In this document: positions 1 through 9,477 of the stretch, piece by piece
Numbering within the stretch: the first letter of the stretch is position 1
Layout of the letters: each line of letters opens with the position of its first letter
DNA from: Acidimicrobiaceae bacterium
GTDB taxonomy: Bacteria > Actinomycetota > Acidimicrobiia > Acidimicrobiales > RAAP-2
DNA length: 64,000 bases
NCBI GenBank assembly: GCA_013044265.1
Contig: JABEUQ010000093.1
Location: 31,235 to 95,234 of the forward strand
Reading direction: 5' to 3'
Notes under the pieces: generated by a model
What the model saw: only the letters and a program-made list of their open reading frames with translations
What the model was told of the DNA's origin: nothing
Database searches by the model: none
Position numbers and translations under genes: made by a program

Positions 1-630
1 CGTCGTGTTGTCCGGGTAACCCTGGGAGCTCTGGACGAGCACGACTCTCTCTACGGTGGCGATGCGCGTCGACCAGTTGGTGAGTCGCGTCACGTAATTG
101 TTGTAGTGGTTGAGGGCGGTGTGGTAACCCGCCTGACCCAGGAGCGAGTTGGTCTCGGTTTGGAGCATGGCTTCGTTACCCTGCATCGTCGCCACCTGAG
201 TGGCCACCGTCGACGCCTCGATCATCTCGAAGACCTGGGGGGTCATTACCGCGTAGACGCGGTTGTCCTTCAACATGGCCGCCTGGTCCGATCGCAGTTG
301 CGCCCAGGTCGTGTCGCCGGGGACCTTGGCGATGAGTGCGTTGATGCTCGCTTGCTCGGTCAGCAGGCGTGCCTGGAGGGCGGCTTTGGCGCTCGCGTTC
401 AACGCCGTCGCGGCGCTGACGTCAGCGCTGAGGTGAGTCAATTCGGTCGCTCGGTTGGCCAATTGGACCTCGAGCGCCTTTTGAGCTGTCACGAAACCGG
501 CACCGGGAGCGGTCGAATCCGCCGGCGTCGTCGTGCCCGTCGAACTGGCGAACGCCACCGAGGGAATGCTGATACCCATAGCGGCGACGAGTGCCAGCAC
601 CGCTATGGATCGGGTTGATACGACTTTCAT
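1..630 (-). CDS. Secreted alpha-helical hypothetical protein, 3' end outside the window
   Basis: Not in the ORF track because its stop is off-window. ATG at 630, preceded by GAGAGGAG RBS, is open to base 1: MKVVSTRSIAVLALVAAMGISIPSVAFASS... has a signal peptide with AFA cleavage site, then an Ala/Leu/Gln-rich helical sequence. Confidence 0.75.
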   Translation of the reverse strand, partial: MKVVSTRSIAVLALVAAMGISIPSVAFASSTGTTTPADSTAPGAGFVTAQKALEVQLANRATELTHLSADVSAATALNASAKAALQARLLTEQASINALIAKVPGDTTWAQLRSDQAAMLKDNRVYAVMTPQVFEMIEASTVATQVATMQGNEAMLQTETNSLLGQAGYHTALNHYNNYVTRLTNWSTRIATVERVVLVQSSQGYPDNTT

Positions 631-959
631 GGGGTCTCCTCTCAAAGTGTTGTCCTCCACGGTAGGAATCGCGTCTGTGAAGGCCATGACAGTGTCGTGT
701 TGGAGAGGTGAGAAGTGCCTCAGAAATAGCAAAGAATCCACTCCGCGTCGAGTTCGACGCACGCGGTTCTCACCGGAGTGCTCAAAATTATGTGGGCCGG
801 AGTGCCCCAGTGCTCTCGTTCACCTCGCGGCGGACCACTGGTCGTCGCGCGAGCGCGGTCACTCGACGCCATTCTCGATTGACGAGGGGGGCCGGTCACC
901 TCGCGGCGTACCGAACCCCCCTGCGTTCTCTGGTGAGACGAATGCTCACCCGCGAGGCC

Positions 960-1799
960 TTAGGCGTCGCGACGAACCATCATCCACATTCCCACCGCGA
1001 GTGCGACGAACGCGTAGCCGCACAAGACGGCGAAGCCGGTCCAGGGGCTGAGCGAGGGTCCGCTGCCCAGCACGTGGGTGACCGAGGTCATCGCGTCACT
1101 GATGTGAAAGGGCAGGTACTTGGTGACGGGCTGGGAGATCGATGAGGGTAGCGCCTGCACGACCAGCGGCAACACCAGAAGAACACCCACGTAGGTCGTG
1201 ATGGCCGCGGCGGAGTGACGGATGATAGTGGCGAGTCCTAGGGCGAAGAGGCCGAGGACCGTCAAGACCAGCCCGCCGCCCACGACCGCGCGCAACACGC
1301 CCGGCTGGGACAGCGCGGCGTGCGGCGCGGGACTGGCGAGCAAGGATTGACCCAAGAAGAATGCGCCGAAGGACAGGACCTCGCTGACGATCAAGCCAAC
1401 AGCCGCCATCGTCGTGATCTTGGTGAGCATCACCTTGGAGCGATTGGGTACGGCCATGAAGGTGGAGCGGATCGTGCCGGTTGAGTACTCGGCGCTCATC
1501 ACCAAGATTCCGAGGACGCCAATCACTAATTGTCCAAAGAGCATGCCGCGTAGCGACAATCCGGTCGGGTCGAAGGTCTGACGCTCGAACGCGGACATGG
1601 TGTGCCAGCTGCTCGAGACCGTCGAACCGGCAATCGCCGCGACCCCCAGCGTGATGCCCGCGAGAGCGAGAATCGTCCACGCAGTCGAGCGGACGCTCCG
1701 CAATTTCGTCCACTCGGCGCGTAGGGCGCTGGTGGTGCGCACGCGAGCGTGCGAGGCCGGGGCCAAGTCGCTCGAAGTGTAGGTAAGGGTGGTGGACAT
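960..1799 (-). CDS. ABC-2 type exporter permease
   Basis: ALRAEWTKLRSVRST N-terminus, EYSTGTIRSTF motif, 6 hydrophobic segments, directly downstream of an ABC ATPase. Confidence 0.9.
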   Translation of the reverse strand: MSTTLTYTSSDLAPASHARVRTTSALRAEWTKLRSVRSTAWTILALAGITLGVAAIAGSTVSSSWHTMSAFERQTFDPTGLSLRGMLFGQLVIGVLGILVMSAEYSTGTIRSTFMAVPNRSKVMLTKITTMAAVGLIVSEVLSFGAFFLGQSLLASPAPHAALSQPGVLRAVVGGGLVLTVLGLFALGLATIIRHSAAAITTYVGVLLVLPLVVQALPSSISQPVTKYLPFHISDAMTSVTHVLGSGPSLSPWTGFAVLCGYAFVALAVGMWMMVRRDA

Positions 1800-1804
1800 G
1801 GTTT

Positions 1805-2776
1805 CTACTTTCCTGAGTGAGTGGAGGGGAACAAAGTGCTCACCGGCGTACCGTTGGTGGCGCCGTGGGGACTATCGTGACCGCGGTACTCGACACTGTC
1901 GCGTGTGAGTTCCATGAAGGCTTCTTCGAGTGAAGCCATCTGGGGCGACAACTCGTGCAGGTGCAGGCCGGCGTCGCCGGCCACGGTGCCAATAGCCGCC
2001 GCGTCGAGGCCACTCACTGAGTAGCTGCCGTCGTCCTCGGCGACAACGTGCGCCCCGCGCTCGAGCAACAACACCTCAAGTGCTTGGGCCTCGGGTGAGC
2101 GAACGCGCACGTACTGACCCGAACTCTCGGCGATGAAGTCATTCACCGAGCCCGACGAGATGAGTCGACCGCGACCGATAACGACCAATTGCTCGGCCGT
2201 CAGGGCCATCTCACTCATCAGGTGACTCGACACGAAGACCGTGCGGCCCTCGGCGGCGAGGCCCTTGAGCAGGTTGCGCACCCACAAGATGCCTTCGGGG
2301 TCGAGCCCGTTGATGGGCTCGTCGAACAGCAACGTTGGCGGATCGCCCAAGAGCGCCGCGGCGATGCCCAGACGCTGGCCCATGCCGAGCGAGAACTTGC
2401 CGACGCGCCGGTTCGCCACCGCCGAGAGGCCGACCATCTCTAAGACGTCGCTCACTCGTTGACGTGGAATGTCATTGGTCTGAGCCAAGAAGAGCAAGTG
2501 ATTGAAGGCGCTGCGACCCGGGTGGATCGCCTTGGCCTCGAGTAGTGCTCCGACCTCACGCAACGGCAGGCCGAGCCCGTGATAGGACGCCCCGTCAATG
2601 GTTGCGGATCCCTCGTCGGGGGCGTCCAGGCCCATGATCATACGCATCGTGGTGGACTTGCCCGAACCGTTCGGTCCGAGGAAGCCGGTGACGACTCCTT
2701 CTCGCACTTCGAACGACAAGTCGTCCACTGCCACGGTGTCCTTGTAACGCTTGGTGATGCCTTCTACCTGAATCAT
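1805..2776 (-). CDS. ABC exporter ATP-binding protein (BcrA/LanF-like)
   Basis: Walker A GPNGSGKST, signature FSLGMGQ, Walker B LLFDE, SSH; start moved to ATG 2776 (MIQVEG) behind AGAGGAGG. Confidence 0.95.
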   Translation of the reverse strand: MIQVEGITKRYKDTVAVDDLSFEVREGVVTGFLGPNGSGKSTTMRMIMGLDAPDEGSATIDGASYHGLGLPLREVGALLEAKAIHPGRSAFNHLLFLAQTNDIPRQRVSDVLEMVGLSAVANRRVGKFSLGMGQRLGIAAALLGDPPTLLFDEPINGLDPEGILWVRNLLKGLAAEGRTVFVSSHLMSEMALTAEQLVVIGRGRLISSGSVNDFIAESSGQYVRVRSPEAQALEVLLLERGAHVVAEDDGSYSVSGLDAAAIGTVAGDAGLHLHELSPQMASLEEAFMELTRDSVEYRGHDSPHGATNGTPVSTLFPSTHSGK

Positions 2777-3005
2777 GCGTCCTCCTCTGAGCGACCTCTG
2801 GTGTTGCGTCACCACGGGAGTGACGTCGATACATAAAGTCTGGTGCGCGACCAAGGCGAAAATCATCGACCGCACGGCCATTTCTTTTCGCTTCGCGAGA
2901 TGTAGGTACGACTCAGATCGTGCCCCGCACGTCATACTTGCGATGGATGCAGAATCACGACTCGGGGCCCATGCGCTGGGCCTGGGACTTCGCTAGCGTC
3001 CAAGT

Positions 3006-4241
3006 GTGGCCCTCAGCGCGACTTCGTCGTTACCCCGTCCCCCCTGGCTCGAACGATTCTCGGCGCGCCAATGGGTGTTGATCGACTACGCCATCGCCAT
3101 CTTTTTCACCACGGGTGCGTTGGTGCACCTGTTCGTCTTTCCCCGGTTCCCCACCAGTACGCCATTCGCCGTCTCGCGTTGGGTATTCGCGCCGTTCTAC
3201 CTCTTAGCGACGGTGCCAGTAGCTTTTCGTCGCCGCTGGCCCGTCATCACCTTGATCCTCACGAGCGCGGCGGTCGCGGTCACCACGGTGCTCGGACACT
3301 CCCTCGCTCCGGCCCCTCTCATCGCCCTCCCCCTCTATTCGGTGACTCTGACGTACCCCCGACGCCAATCCATCGTCGCGGTGGTCCTGGTGGAGGCAGC
3401 CCTGGCGGTAGCCGTGGTGATCGCCTGGTCCCTCGGGCGCGCCCAGGGTGACGTCACCTTTAACTTCTTCTTGGCCGCCGCCACCTGGTTCATCGCTGAC
3501 TCCATCGCTACTCGTCGCACGTACTTACGGGGCCTGAGTGAACAGCGAGAGGAACGCCAGCGTCTCGAGATCGAAGAGGCGCGTCGGGCCATCGTCGAAG
3601 AGCGTATGGCCATCGCCCGCGAGTTGCACGACGTCGTGGCGCACAGTCTCAGCGTGATCGCCATCCAGTCGGGTGTCGGACGTCACGTGCTCGACACTCA
3701 ACCCGACGAGGCCCGTAAGGCGTTGGCCGCAGTGGAGTCCACGAGCCGCTCCGCCCTCGAGGAATTGCGCGGTGTGCTGGGTGTGCTGCGACGCGGCGAC
3801 GACGACCCGGTCGCCACCTCGCCCACGCCCGATCTCAGCGACCTCGAGGAGCTCGTCGAACGTATTCGTGCGGCGGGTGTCCCGGTGCACGTGAACGTGA
3901 CCGGTCGGGTGCGCGCGTTGCCCCAGGGCCTCGAGCTCACGATCTATCGCATTATCCAAGAAGCCCTCACCAACGTCGTGAAGCACACGGCGAGCGCCCC
4001 CACCGCAGTCGAGGTGGACTACTCGAATGACGAAGTGGTCATCGAGGTCCGCAACGAAGGCACACTCGCAACGCACGAGCCGTCCTCGGTGGATGTGCCC
4101 GCGACACGAGTGGGAACTGGGCACGGCATCATCGGCATGACTGAACGAGCTCGATCCTTTGGCGGGACCTTACGCACCGCGACACTCGACGATGGAGGGT
4201 TCCTCGTGAGCGCTCGTCTACGCACCAAGGACGTCTCGTGA
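3006..4241 (+). CDS. Membrane sensor histidine kinase (HisKA_3/NarX-DesK type)
   Basis: N-terminal TM segments, H-box ARELHDVVAH, N-box YRIIQEALTNVVKH, G-box GHGIIGMTER; TAGCGT at 2994-2999 lies 6 nt before the GTG. Confidence 0.95.
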   Translation: MALSATSSLPRPPWLERFSARQWVLIDYAIAIFFTTGALVHLFVFPRFPTSTPFAVSRWVFAPFYLLATVPVAFRRRWPVITLILTSAAVAVTTVLGHSLAPAPLIALPLYSVTLTYPRRQSIVAVVLVEAALAVAVVIAWSLGRAQGDVTFNFFLAAATWFIADSIATRRTYLRGLSEQREERQRLEIEEARRAIVEERMAIARELHDVVAHSLSVIAIQSGVGRHVLDTQPDEARKALAAVESTSRSALEELRGVLGVLRRGDDDPVATSPTPDLSDLEELVERIRAAGVPVHVNVTGRVRALPQGLELTIYRIIQEALTNVVKHTASAPTAVEVDYSNDEVVIEVRNEGTLATHEPSSVDVPATRVGTGHGIIGMTERARSFGGTLRTATLDDGGFLVSARLRTKDVS

Positions 4242-4903
4242 CGATCCGTGTCGTCGTGGCCGACGACCAAGCACTGGTACGCGCGGGATTTGGCGTACTG
4301 GTGAACTCCGCGCACGACCTCGAAGTGGTGGGCGAAGCGAGCAATGGCGAGGAGGCATTGGCCGTCGTTCTCGCCACCCAGCCCGACGTCGTGATGCTCG
4401 ACGTACGTATGCCGGTGATGGACGGGCTCGAAGCTGCTCGACGCATCAGTGCCTCGACCTCGGGATCGGCAACGAAGATACTGATGCTCACCACTTTCGA
4501 CCTTGATGAGTACGTCTTCGAGGCTCTGCGCGCGGGCGCGAGCGGTTTTCTCTTAAAGGACACGCCCCCCGAAGATCTTCTGAACGCTCTTCGCGTCATC
4601 GCCAGTGGCGAGGCGCTACTGGCGCCCAGCGTGACGCGTCGACTCATCGCCGAGTTCGCGAGTCGCCCCAACACCACGTCGGTGGCATCGACGGATGCGC
4701 TCGAAGAGTTGACTGAGCGCGAACGCGAGGTGATGATTGCGGTGGCTCAGGGTCTCTCAAACGCGGAGATCGCCGAGTCGCTACACATGAGCGTTGCGAC
4801 CGTCAAGACTCACGTGAGTCGCATTCTCACCAAGACGTACACCCGCGATCGCACTCAACTCGTTGTGCTGGCCTACCAGAGCGGACTCGTCACGGCGACG
4901 TGA
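4238..4903 (+). CDS. NarL/LuxR-family response regulator
   Basis: VVADDQ, phospho-Asp MLDVRMP, LTTFD, GFLLK, LuxR HTH LTEREREV...TVKTHVS; 4-bp overlap with the kinase. Confidence 0.97.
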   Translation: MTIRVVVADDQALVRAGFGVLVNSAHDLEVVGEASNGEEALAVVLATQPDVVMLDVRMPVMDGLEAARRISASTSGSATKILMLTTFDLDEYVFEALRAGASGFLLKDTPPEDLLNALRVIASGEALLAPSVTRRLIAEFASRPNTTSVASTDALEELTEREREVMIAVAQGLSNAEIAESLHMSVATVKTHVSRILTKTYTRDRTQLVVLAYQSGLVTAT

Positions 4904-4938
4904 GACCGAGCCCACGTCGCCGTGACGAGTTGGCCAGT

Positions 4939-6432
4939 CTAGGAACCCGACAACGCGGTGCTCGTGGGCTGCGCGGCGCTGCTCGCGGCACCAGCCTCAC
5001 GGTGGTGCATGCGCGGGGCGCGCACCACGAGGAGGGCGGTCAAGAAAGCGAGGAACGCACTCAGCGCACCAACGCGCAGCGCAACGTGAAAGCCCTGTAC
5101 CGTGGCGTTGATCTGTGCCTGCGCCGCACTCAGCGTGCTCGACTGCGTCAATTGGTGAGAACGCACCGTCGCCGAAACTGTCACCAGTACCGCCAGACCC
5201 AGTGAACCACCAATCTGCTGAGAAGTGTTCAAGAGGGACGAGGCGAGACCCTGTTCGTGGTTCTGCACCGAGGACACCGCATTGAGCGTCAGTGGTACGA
5301 AGGAGAAGCCCATGCCGAGTCCGAAGGTCACGAGCGGTCCTAGGACGTGCCAGTAGCTCGACGTCGGGGTCAGGAACGACGCCCACAGGATGCCCACCGC
5401 GACGAGGAGCGGTCCCGTGGTCAAGAAGATCCGCACACCGAAGCGCTTGATCTTCTTCGAAAGGAACACACTGGTCCCCGCCACCATGATGGGCACGGGT
5501 AGGTAGGACACCCCCGCGCGTAGCGAGCTGTAGTGCATCTGTTCTTGGAGGAACTGGGTCAAGAAGAACAGGAGCGACAGCATCGAGGCACCGATCAACA
5601 TCATCGTGATGTAACCACCGGCGCGGTTACGGTGCCGCAGGAAATGGGGAGGGATGAGGGGTTGCTGACTGCGCCGCTCGATGAGGGCGAACACCACGAG
5701 CAACACCACCGCGGCGGCGAATGCTGACAACGTGCTCGCCGCGCCCCAGCCCGCCGTCGGCGCATGCACCAAACCGTAGACGAGGAACGCCACGCCACCC
5801 GAGACCGTGACCGCGCCGGGGACATCGAGTCGCCCACCGTGTCCGTCAATGCGAGGTAGGACCAAGGGGGTGGCGATCATCACGACCACGCCAATGGGTA
5901 CGTTGACGAAGAAGACCCAACGCCACGAGGCACTCTCGACGAGCGCCCCACCCAGGATCAGTCCCAGTGCTCCACCAGCCGCAGTCATCGCGGCGTAGAC
6001 CGCCATGGCGCGATTGCGCGCGGACCCCTCGGGGAACGTCACCGCGATGAGGGCCAGTGCGGTCGGTGACGCAATGGCCGCACCCACACCCTGGAGCGCT
6101 CGCGCTCCCACCAAGAGACCCTGCGTCGTTGCTACGCCGCCCAGGAGCGACGCGAGAGCGAAGATGCCAATACCGATGAAGAACATGCGGCGGCGACCGA
6201 AGATGTCACCAACTCGACCACCCAGCAGTAGCAACCCTCCAAAGACGAGCACGTAGGCGTCAATCACCCACGTCAAGTTCGTCGTCGAGAAGTGCAGGCT
6301 CGTTTGAATCGAGGGCAACGCCACGTTGGTGATTGTGAGGTCCAACATGACCATCAACTGCGCGGCCGCAATGAGGACCAGTGCCAGACCACGACGATCG
6401 TGCGTGGACTCGGCGGAGTTGAAGTCGGTCAT
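4939..6432 (-). CDS. DHA2 (EmrB/QacA) 14-TMS MFS efflux transporter
   Basis: LDLTITNVALP, GGRVGDIFGRRR, ARALQGVGAA, WRWVFFVNVPIG, QQIGGSLG motifs. Confidence 0.93.
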   Translation of the reverse strand: MTDFNSAESTHDRRGLALVLIAAAQLMVMLDLTITNVALPSIQTSLHFSTTNLTWVIDAYVLVFGGLLLLGGRVGDIFGRRRMFFIGIGIFALASLLGGVATTQGLLVGARALQGVGAAIASPTALALIAVTFPEGSARNRAMAVYAAMTAAGGALGLILGGALVESASWRWVFFVNVPIGVVVMIATPLVLPRIDGHGGRLDVPGAVTVSGGVAFLVYGLVHAPTAGWGAASTLSAFAAAVVLLVVFALIERRSQQPLIPPHFLRHRNRAGGYITMMLIGASMLSLLFFLTQFLQEQMHYSSLRAGVSYLPVPIMVAGTSVFLSKKIKRFGVRIFLTTGPLLVAVGILWASFLTPTSSYWHVLGPLVTFGLGMGFSFVPLTLNAVSSVQNHEQGLASSLLNTSQQIGGSLGLAVLVTVSATVRSHQLTQSSTLSAAQAQINATVQGFHVALRVGALSAFLAFLTALLVVRAPRMHHREAGAASSAAQPTSTALSGS

Positions 6433-7049
6433 AGCGTCACCTCATCGGCGTTGCGCTGAGCCCAGAACAGGACTGACACGTCTTCGGTGTCCCCGTCATC
6501 GGAACGAGTGTCGAGCCGCTCGAGACGGTCGATCGTAAAACCGTCGAAACGGTCTTCGAAGAGCGACTCCTCGAAGAGTCGTTCGAGCACTGGTGGTCCA
6601 GATTTACCTAAGGCGTCGACGTGGTGACCCACGATGAAGAGGTGACCTCTCGGCGCTACCGCCGCAGCGGCGCGCTCAAAGAAGAGGTCGCGCTGCTCGG
6701 GCATGAGGTGGATGTTCGCAACCACCACGAGATCGAAGGATGCGGGTTCGGCCACGTAGCCCAAGAGGTCCGCCTGCTCGGTGTGCAGAGTCAGGCCCTC
6801 ACTCGTCGCCTGTTCCAGCGCCATATCGAGTCCGACGCGCGACGCGTCGACTCCAGTGACCGACCAGCCGGTGCGCGCGAGCCAGAGCGCGTTACGGCCC
6901 GTGCCACAGCCCAGGTCAATGGCGCGTCCCGTTGCCAGTGGGCTCACCAGTTCAACCAGCAGCTCATCGGGGACTTGGGACCACCCGTGTTCGCGGTAGC
7001 GCCGATCCCACATGGGCCCGATCGCCTCGCTATTGTCTTGCATACTCAT
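6429..7049 (-). CDS. Class I SAM-dependent methyltransferase
   Basis: WDRRY N-terminal motif, motif I AIDLGCGTGRN, TGVDAS, FDLVV; 4-bp overlaps with both neighbours. Confidence 0.92.
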   Translation of the reverse strand: MSMQDNSEAIGPMWDRRYREHGWSQVPDELLVELVSPLATGRAIDLGCGTGRNALWLARTGWSVTGVDASRVGLDMALEQATSEGLTLHTEQADLLGYVAEPASFDLVVVANIHLMPEQRDLFFERAAAAVAPRGHLFIVGHHVDALGKSGPPVLERLFEESLFEDRFDGFTIDRLERLDTRSDDGDTEDVSVLFWAQRNADEVTL

Positions 7050-7594
7050 GAGTGCTCCTCACTCTGCTCGTTATTGACTATTTCTTCTTCGACGCCAATG
7101 CCCTCGGCACGCTCCAGGTGTTCGAGCAACTCGCTGAACACTTGCAGTTGCGACGGCGATAACTGCGATCGCAACGTGCTCTCTTGGTGGTGCACGAATT
7201 CGTCCAGTCGGCCCATCAGGGCCACGCCCTGTTTCGTCAGCGTCACCGTGCGCACTCGTCGGTCGTCGTCTCGAGTGGACGTAGCGACCCATTGTCGCGA
7301 CTCCAATCCATCGACGCACCGCTTCACCGCCATCACGTCAGATTTGAGTGTTCTGGCCAAGGCGCGCAGTGCTTGGTTCGGGTGGTCTCTCGTGGCGCGC
7401 AGAATCGCCGCTTGGGGTGGCGTCAAGCCCAACGTCTCGAGTTCACTCGCCCAGCGCTCACGGCGTACCCGGACCAACCGACTGAGGCGAAAACCGACGC
7501 TGTCCTCCAAGGAGATGCGAGTCGCGGGTTGCGCCGCCTTCGCGGTAGCGGTGGCCTTAGCTCGGGCCTTTGCGACGCCATGTGATGAAGTCAT
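7046..7594 (-). CDS. MarR-family transcriptional regulator
   Basis: LGLTPPQAAIL, wing DDRRVRTVTLTKQG; TACACT (7606-7601) 6 nt before ATG. Confidence 0.9.
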   Translation of the reverse strand: MTSSHGVAKARAKATATAKAAQPATRISLEDSVGFRLSRLVRVRRERWASELETLGLTPPQAAILRATRDHPNQALRALARTLKSDVMAVKRCVDGLESRQWVATSTRDDDRRVRTVTLTKQGVALMGRLDEFVHHQESTLRSQLSPSQLQVFSELLEHLERAEGIGVEEEIVNNEQSEEHS

Positions 7595-7612
7595 GAATCG
7601 AGTGTAGCACAG

Positions 7613-7632
7613 ATTGTAACATTTGTTACAAT
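7613..7632. promoter_or_regulatory. 9-2-9 palindrome ATTGTAACA-TT-TGTTACAAT, probable MarR operator
   Basis: Perfect inverted repeat immediately upstream of the marR -10 element. Confidence 0.7.
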
Positions 7633-7679
7633 TAATTCGATAGTGGCGACGACGGGCGCACCGACGTGATTCGATAGTC

Positions 7680-8861
7680 CTAGGTTTTTACGTCGCCCGA
7701 TGATCGAGAGCGGCGGCGAAAACTCCACGGTGAGTTGACCACTAATGGTGCTTCGAACGTCGCGTCAGGATTGCTCCCCGGGTGACGATGAGGCGGGCGG
7801 TGAGGCTCTACTGAAGCCTCCGGCAGATTATGTCGGGCACCCGACCACTTGGCCGGAGGTGCCGACAGGCGATCCGTCAGGTGATACATCGATTCCTCAT
7901 AATTGACGCGCCATCCATGAAAGTCTGGCCACGCCTCTTCGGCCGTGCGCTCCATGACGAAACCCACTCGATGCAACATCGCCACGGCTTCTTGGAACTC
8001 CGCGAAAGTGAGTTGGATCGGCTGATCGGGGCGAGGATCGAAGTTCACTTCCCAGCCCAGTGACGTGGCGATGCGATTGGTCAACGTGAACCCCATACGC
8101 AAAACCAGTCGCGCGTGCGAGGGTGCGCTCGAGGGAGAGAGAGCGAGTTGTAGTGCCGCGGCGTCCAGGACCGCGAGCAAACCCAGCATCCACGAGAGCC
8201 AGGGCTCGGGAGAGCGAAAGAGCAAGAGGATCGGGTAGGTACTGTGACTCTCGGCGACGTCGGCGGCCCAAGTCTCCCAGTCCTTATAGAGATCAGGGAG
8301 GGTGTCCAAGATACCCACCAATTGATGGCGCGCCAATAGTTCAGGCCCCCACGCGGGTGCCCCCGCGCGACTCTCGAGCATCGCCACCAGCGCTTCACGC
8401 CGGCTGAACGCGCCGTAGAGGGTAGGGAGGTACGCGATTTGCAAGGCGACCACGATGACCCACGTGGCACCGGCCCAAATATCTATCGCCGTGTTCGTAG
8501 GCCCACCCACGTGAATGGTTCCCACCGTGAACAGCGACGTGAGCGCCTGTTCGATCCCCCACCACAAGGAGTGCGTGGTAGGCATCAACATCAGGCCGAA
8601 ACCCAAGACCAACGATGCCGCCCAGAAAAGTATCTGACTCAACAGCGCCACCGGCGCAGTCGGAGCCAAGATAGCGTCTCTCTTCTCGTAGGTCCGCGCT
8701 AGGTGCGAGAGCCCCACGAAGACGAGGCGCACCGAACGGTTCACCAACAAGGTCAGGCGTTCGATGCCGAAGGGCTGGCGAGGCAGGACTAACACAAAGA
8801 GTGTGCCCGTGATGGTGGTCACCACGATGGCGAGACCGAGAATGAACTCGAGGACGTACAC
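7680..8861 (-). CDS. Potassium-channel-family membrane protein with a non-canonical filter
   Basis: TM helices flank a pore-helix-like SLFTVGT; cytoplasmic ESHSTYPILLLFRS motif typical of this family; GGGAG RBS. Confidence 0.6.
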   Translation of the reverse strand: MYVLEFILGLAIVVTTITGTLFVLVLPRQPFGIERLTLLVNRSVRLVFVGLSHLARTYEKRDAILAPTAPVALLSQILFWAASLVLGFGLMLMPTTHSLWWGIEQALTSLFTVGTIHVGGPTNTAIDIWAGATWVIVVALQIAYLPTLYGAFSRREALVAMLESRAGAPAWGPELLARHQLVGILDTLPDLYKDWETWAADVAESHSTYPILLLFRSPEPWLSWMLGLLAVLDAAALQLALSPSSAPSHARLVLRMGFTLTNRIATSLGWEVNFDPRPDQPIQLTFAEFQEAVAMLHRVGFVMERTAEEAWPDFHGWRVNYEESMYHLTDRLSAPPAKWSGARHNLPEASVEPHRPPHRHPGSNPDATFEAPLVVNSPWSFRRRSRSSGDVKT

Positions 8862-9037
8862 CCGTATCTCCCGTATATATCTCTAACGAACGCGACGGCC
8901 CACGCGCGTTAGCGTCATCGTAGACGGGAGTGCCAGGACTTCACCTGCCCGCGTGTCGACTCGCGTGCGCGGGGCCGTCGTCTCGCAGCACTTCACGAGA
9001 CGCTCTTGACGCATCGCTCAACGCGACTGCGAACTCC

Positions 9038-9244
9038 TCAGCTGTGACCGCTCTTGAGCGATCGACCAAAGAGTGGCGCCAGTAGACACACGTTGGCCAT
9101 TCCCGCCAACAACGGAATCACGCCCACGATGGAGAGTATGACCCATCCACCACCCCCAACGAAACCAATCACGATGAGGACCACCCCCGCGATAATTCGA
9201 GCCACACGCCCCACACTCGAACCCAGCCATTCAATAATCTTCAT
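9038..9244 (-). CDS. DUF2892 (YgaP-like transmembrane) small protein
   Basis: 68 aa: GRVARIIAGVVLI...GVIPLLAGMANVCLLAPLFG, the hallmark two-helix + G..C.L pattern; start moved to ATG 9244. Confidence 0.8.
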   Translation of the reverse strand: MKIIEWLGSSVGRVARIIAGVVLIVIGFVGGGGWVILSIVGVIPLLAGMANVCLLAPLFGRSLKSGHS

Positions 9245-9301
9245 TCGCCGATCTCCTTCGTCTCGCCTTCGAATGGTCACCCACCTGATGCCACACCATG
9301 A

Positions 9302-9335
9302 CTTGAACCTATACCCCCGGGGGTATAGGTTCAAG
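9302..9335. promoter_or_regulatory. Perfect 34-bp palindrome, CsoR/CstR/RcnR-type operator
   Basis: CTTGAACCTATACCCCC|GGGGGTATAGGTTCAAG; the ATA-C-tract/G-tract-TAT core is the known architecture of CsoR-family operators. Confidence 0.7.
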
Positions 9336-9477
9336 ATGACGAAGGTCCCAAATTCATCGCTAATCCCCCGCAAATGATCACGTTCCTACCCTCCAAGGCT
9401 AATTACCCTGATCACGATGCTCTGAATTACCCGTCGGCTGCCTACTTCGGGTCCAGTAATGCCCCACGACCGCGATT

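Noticed and set aside
631-959. 330-bp leader upstream of the secreted protein, with a 13-bp direct repeat TCACCTCGCGGCG (820-832, 896-908)
   Set aside because: I could not match a riboswitch core such as c-di-AMP. Two GC-rich copies are too few for a repeat array or CRISPR
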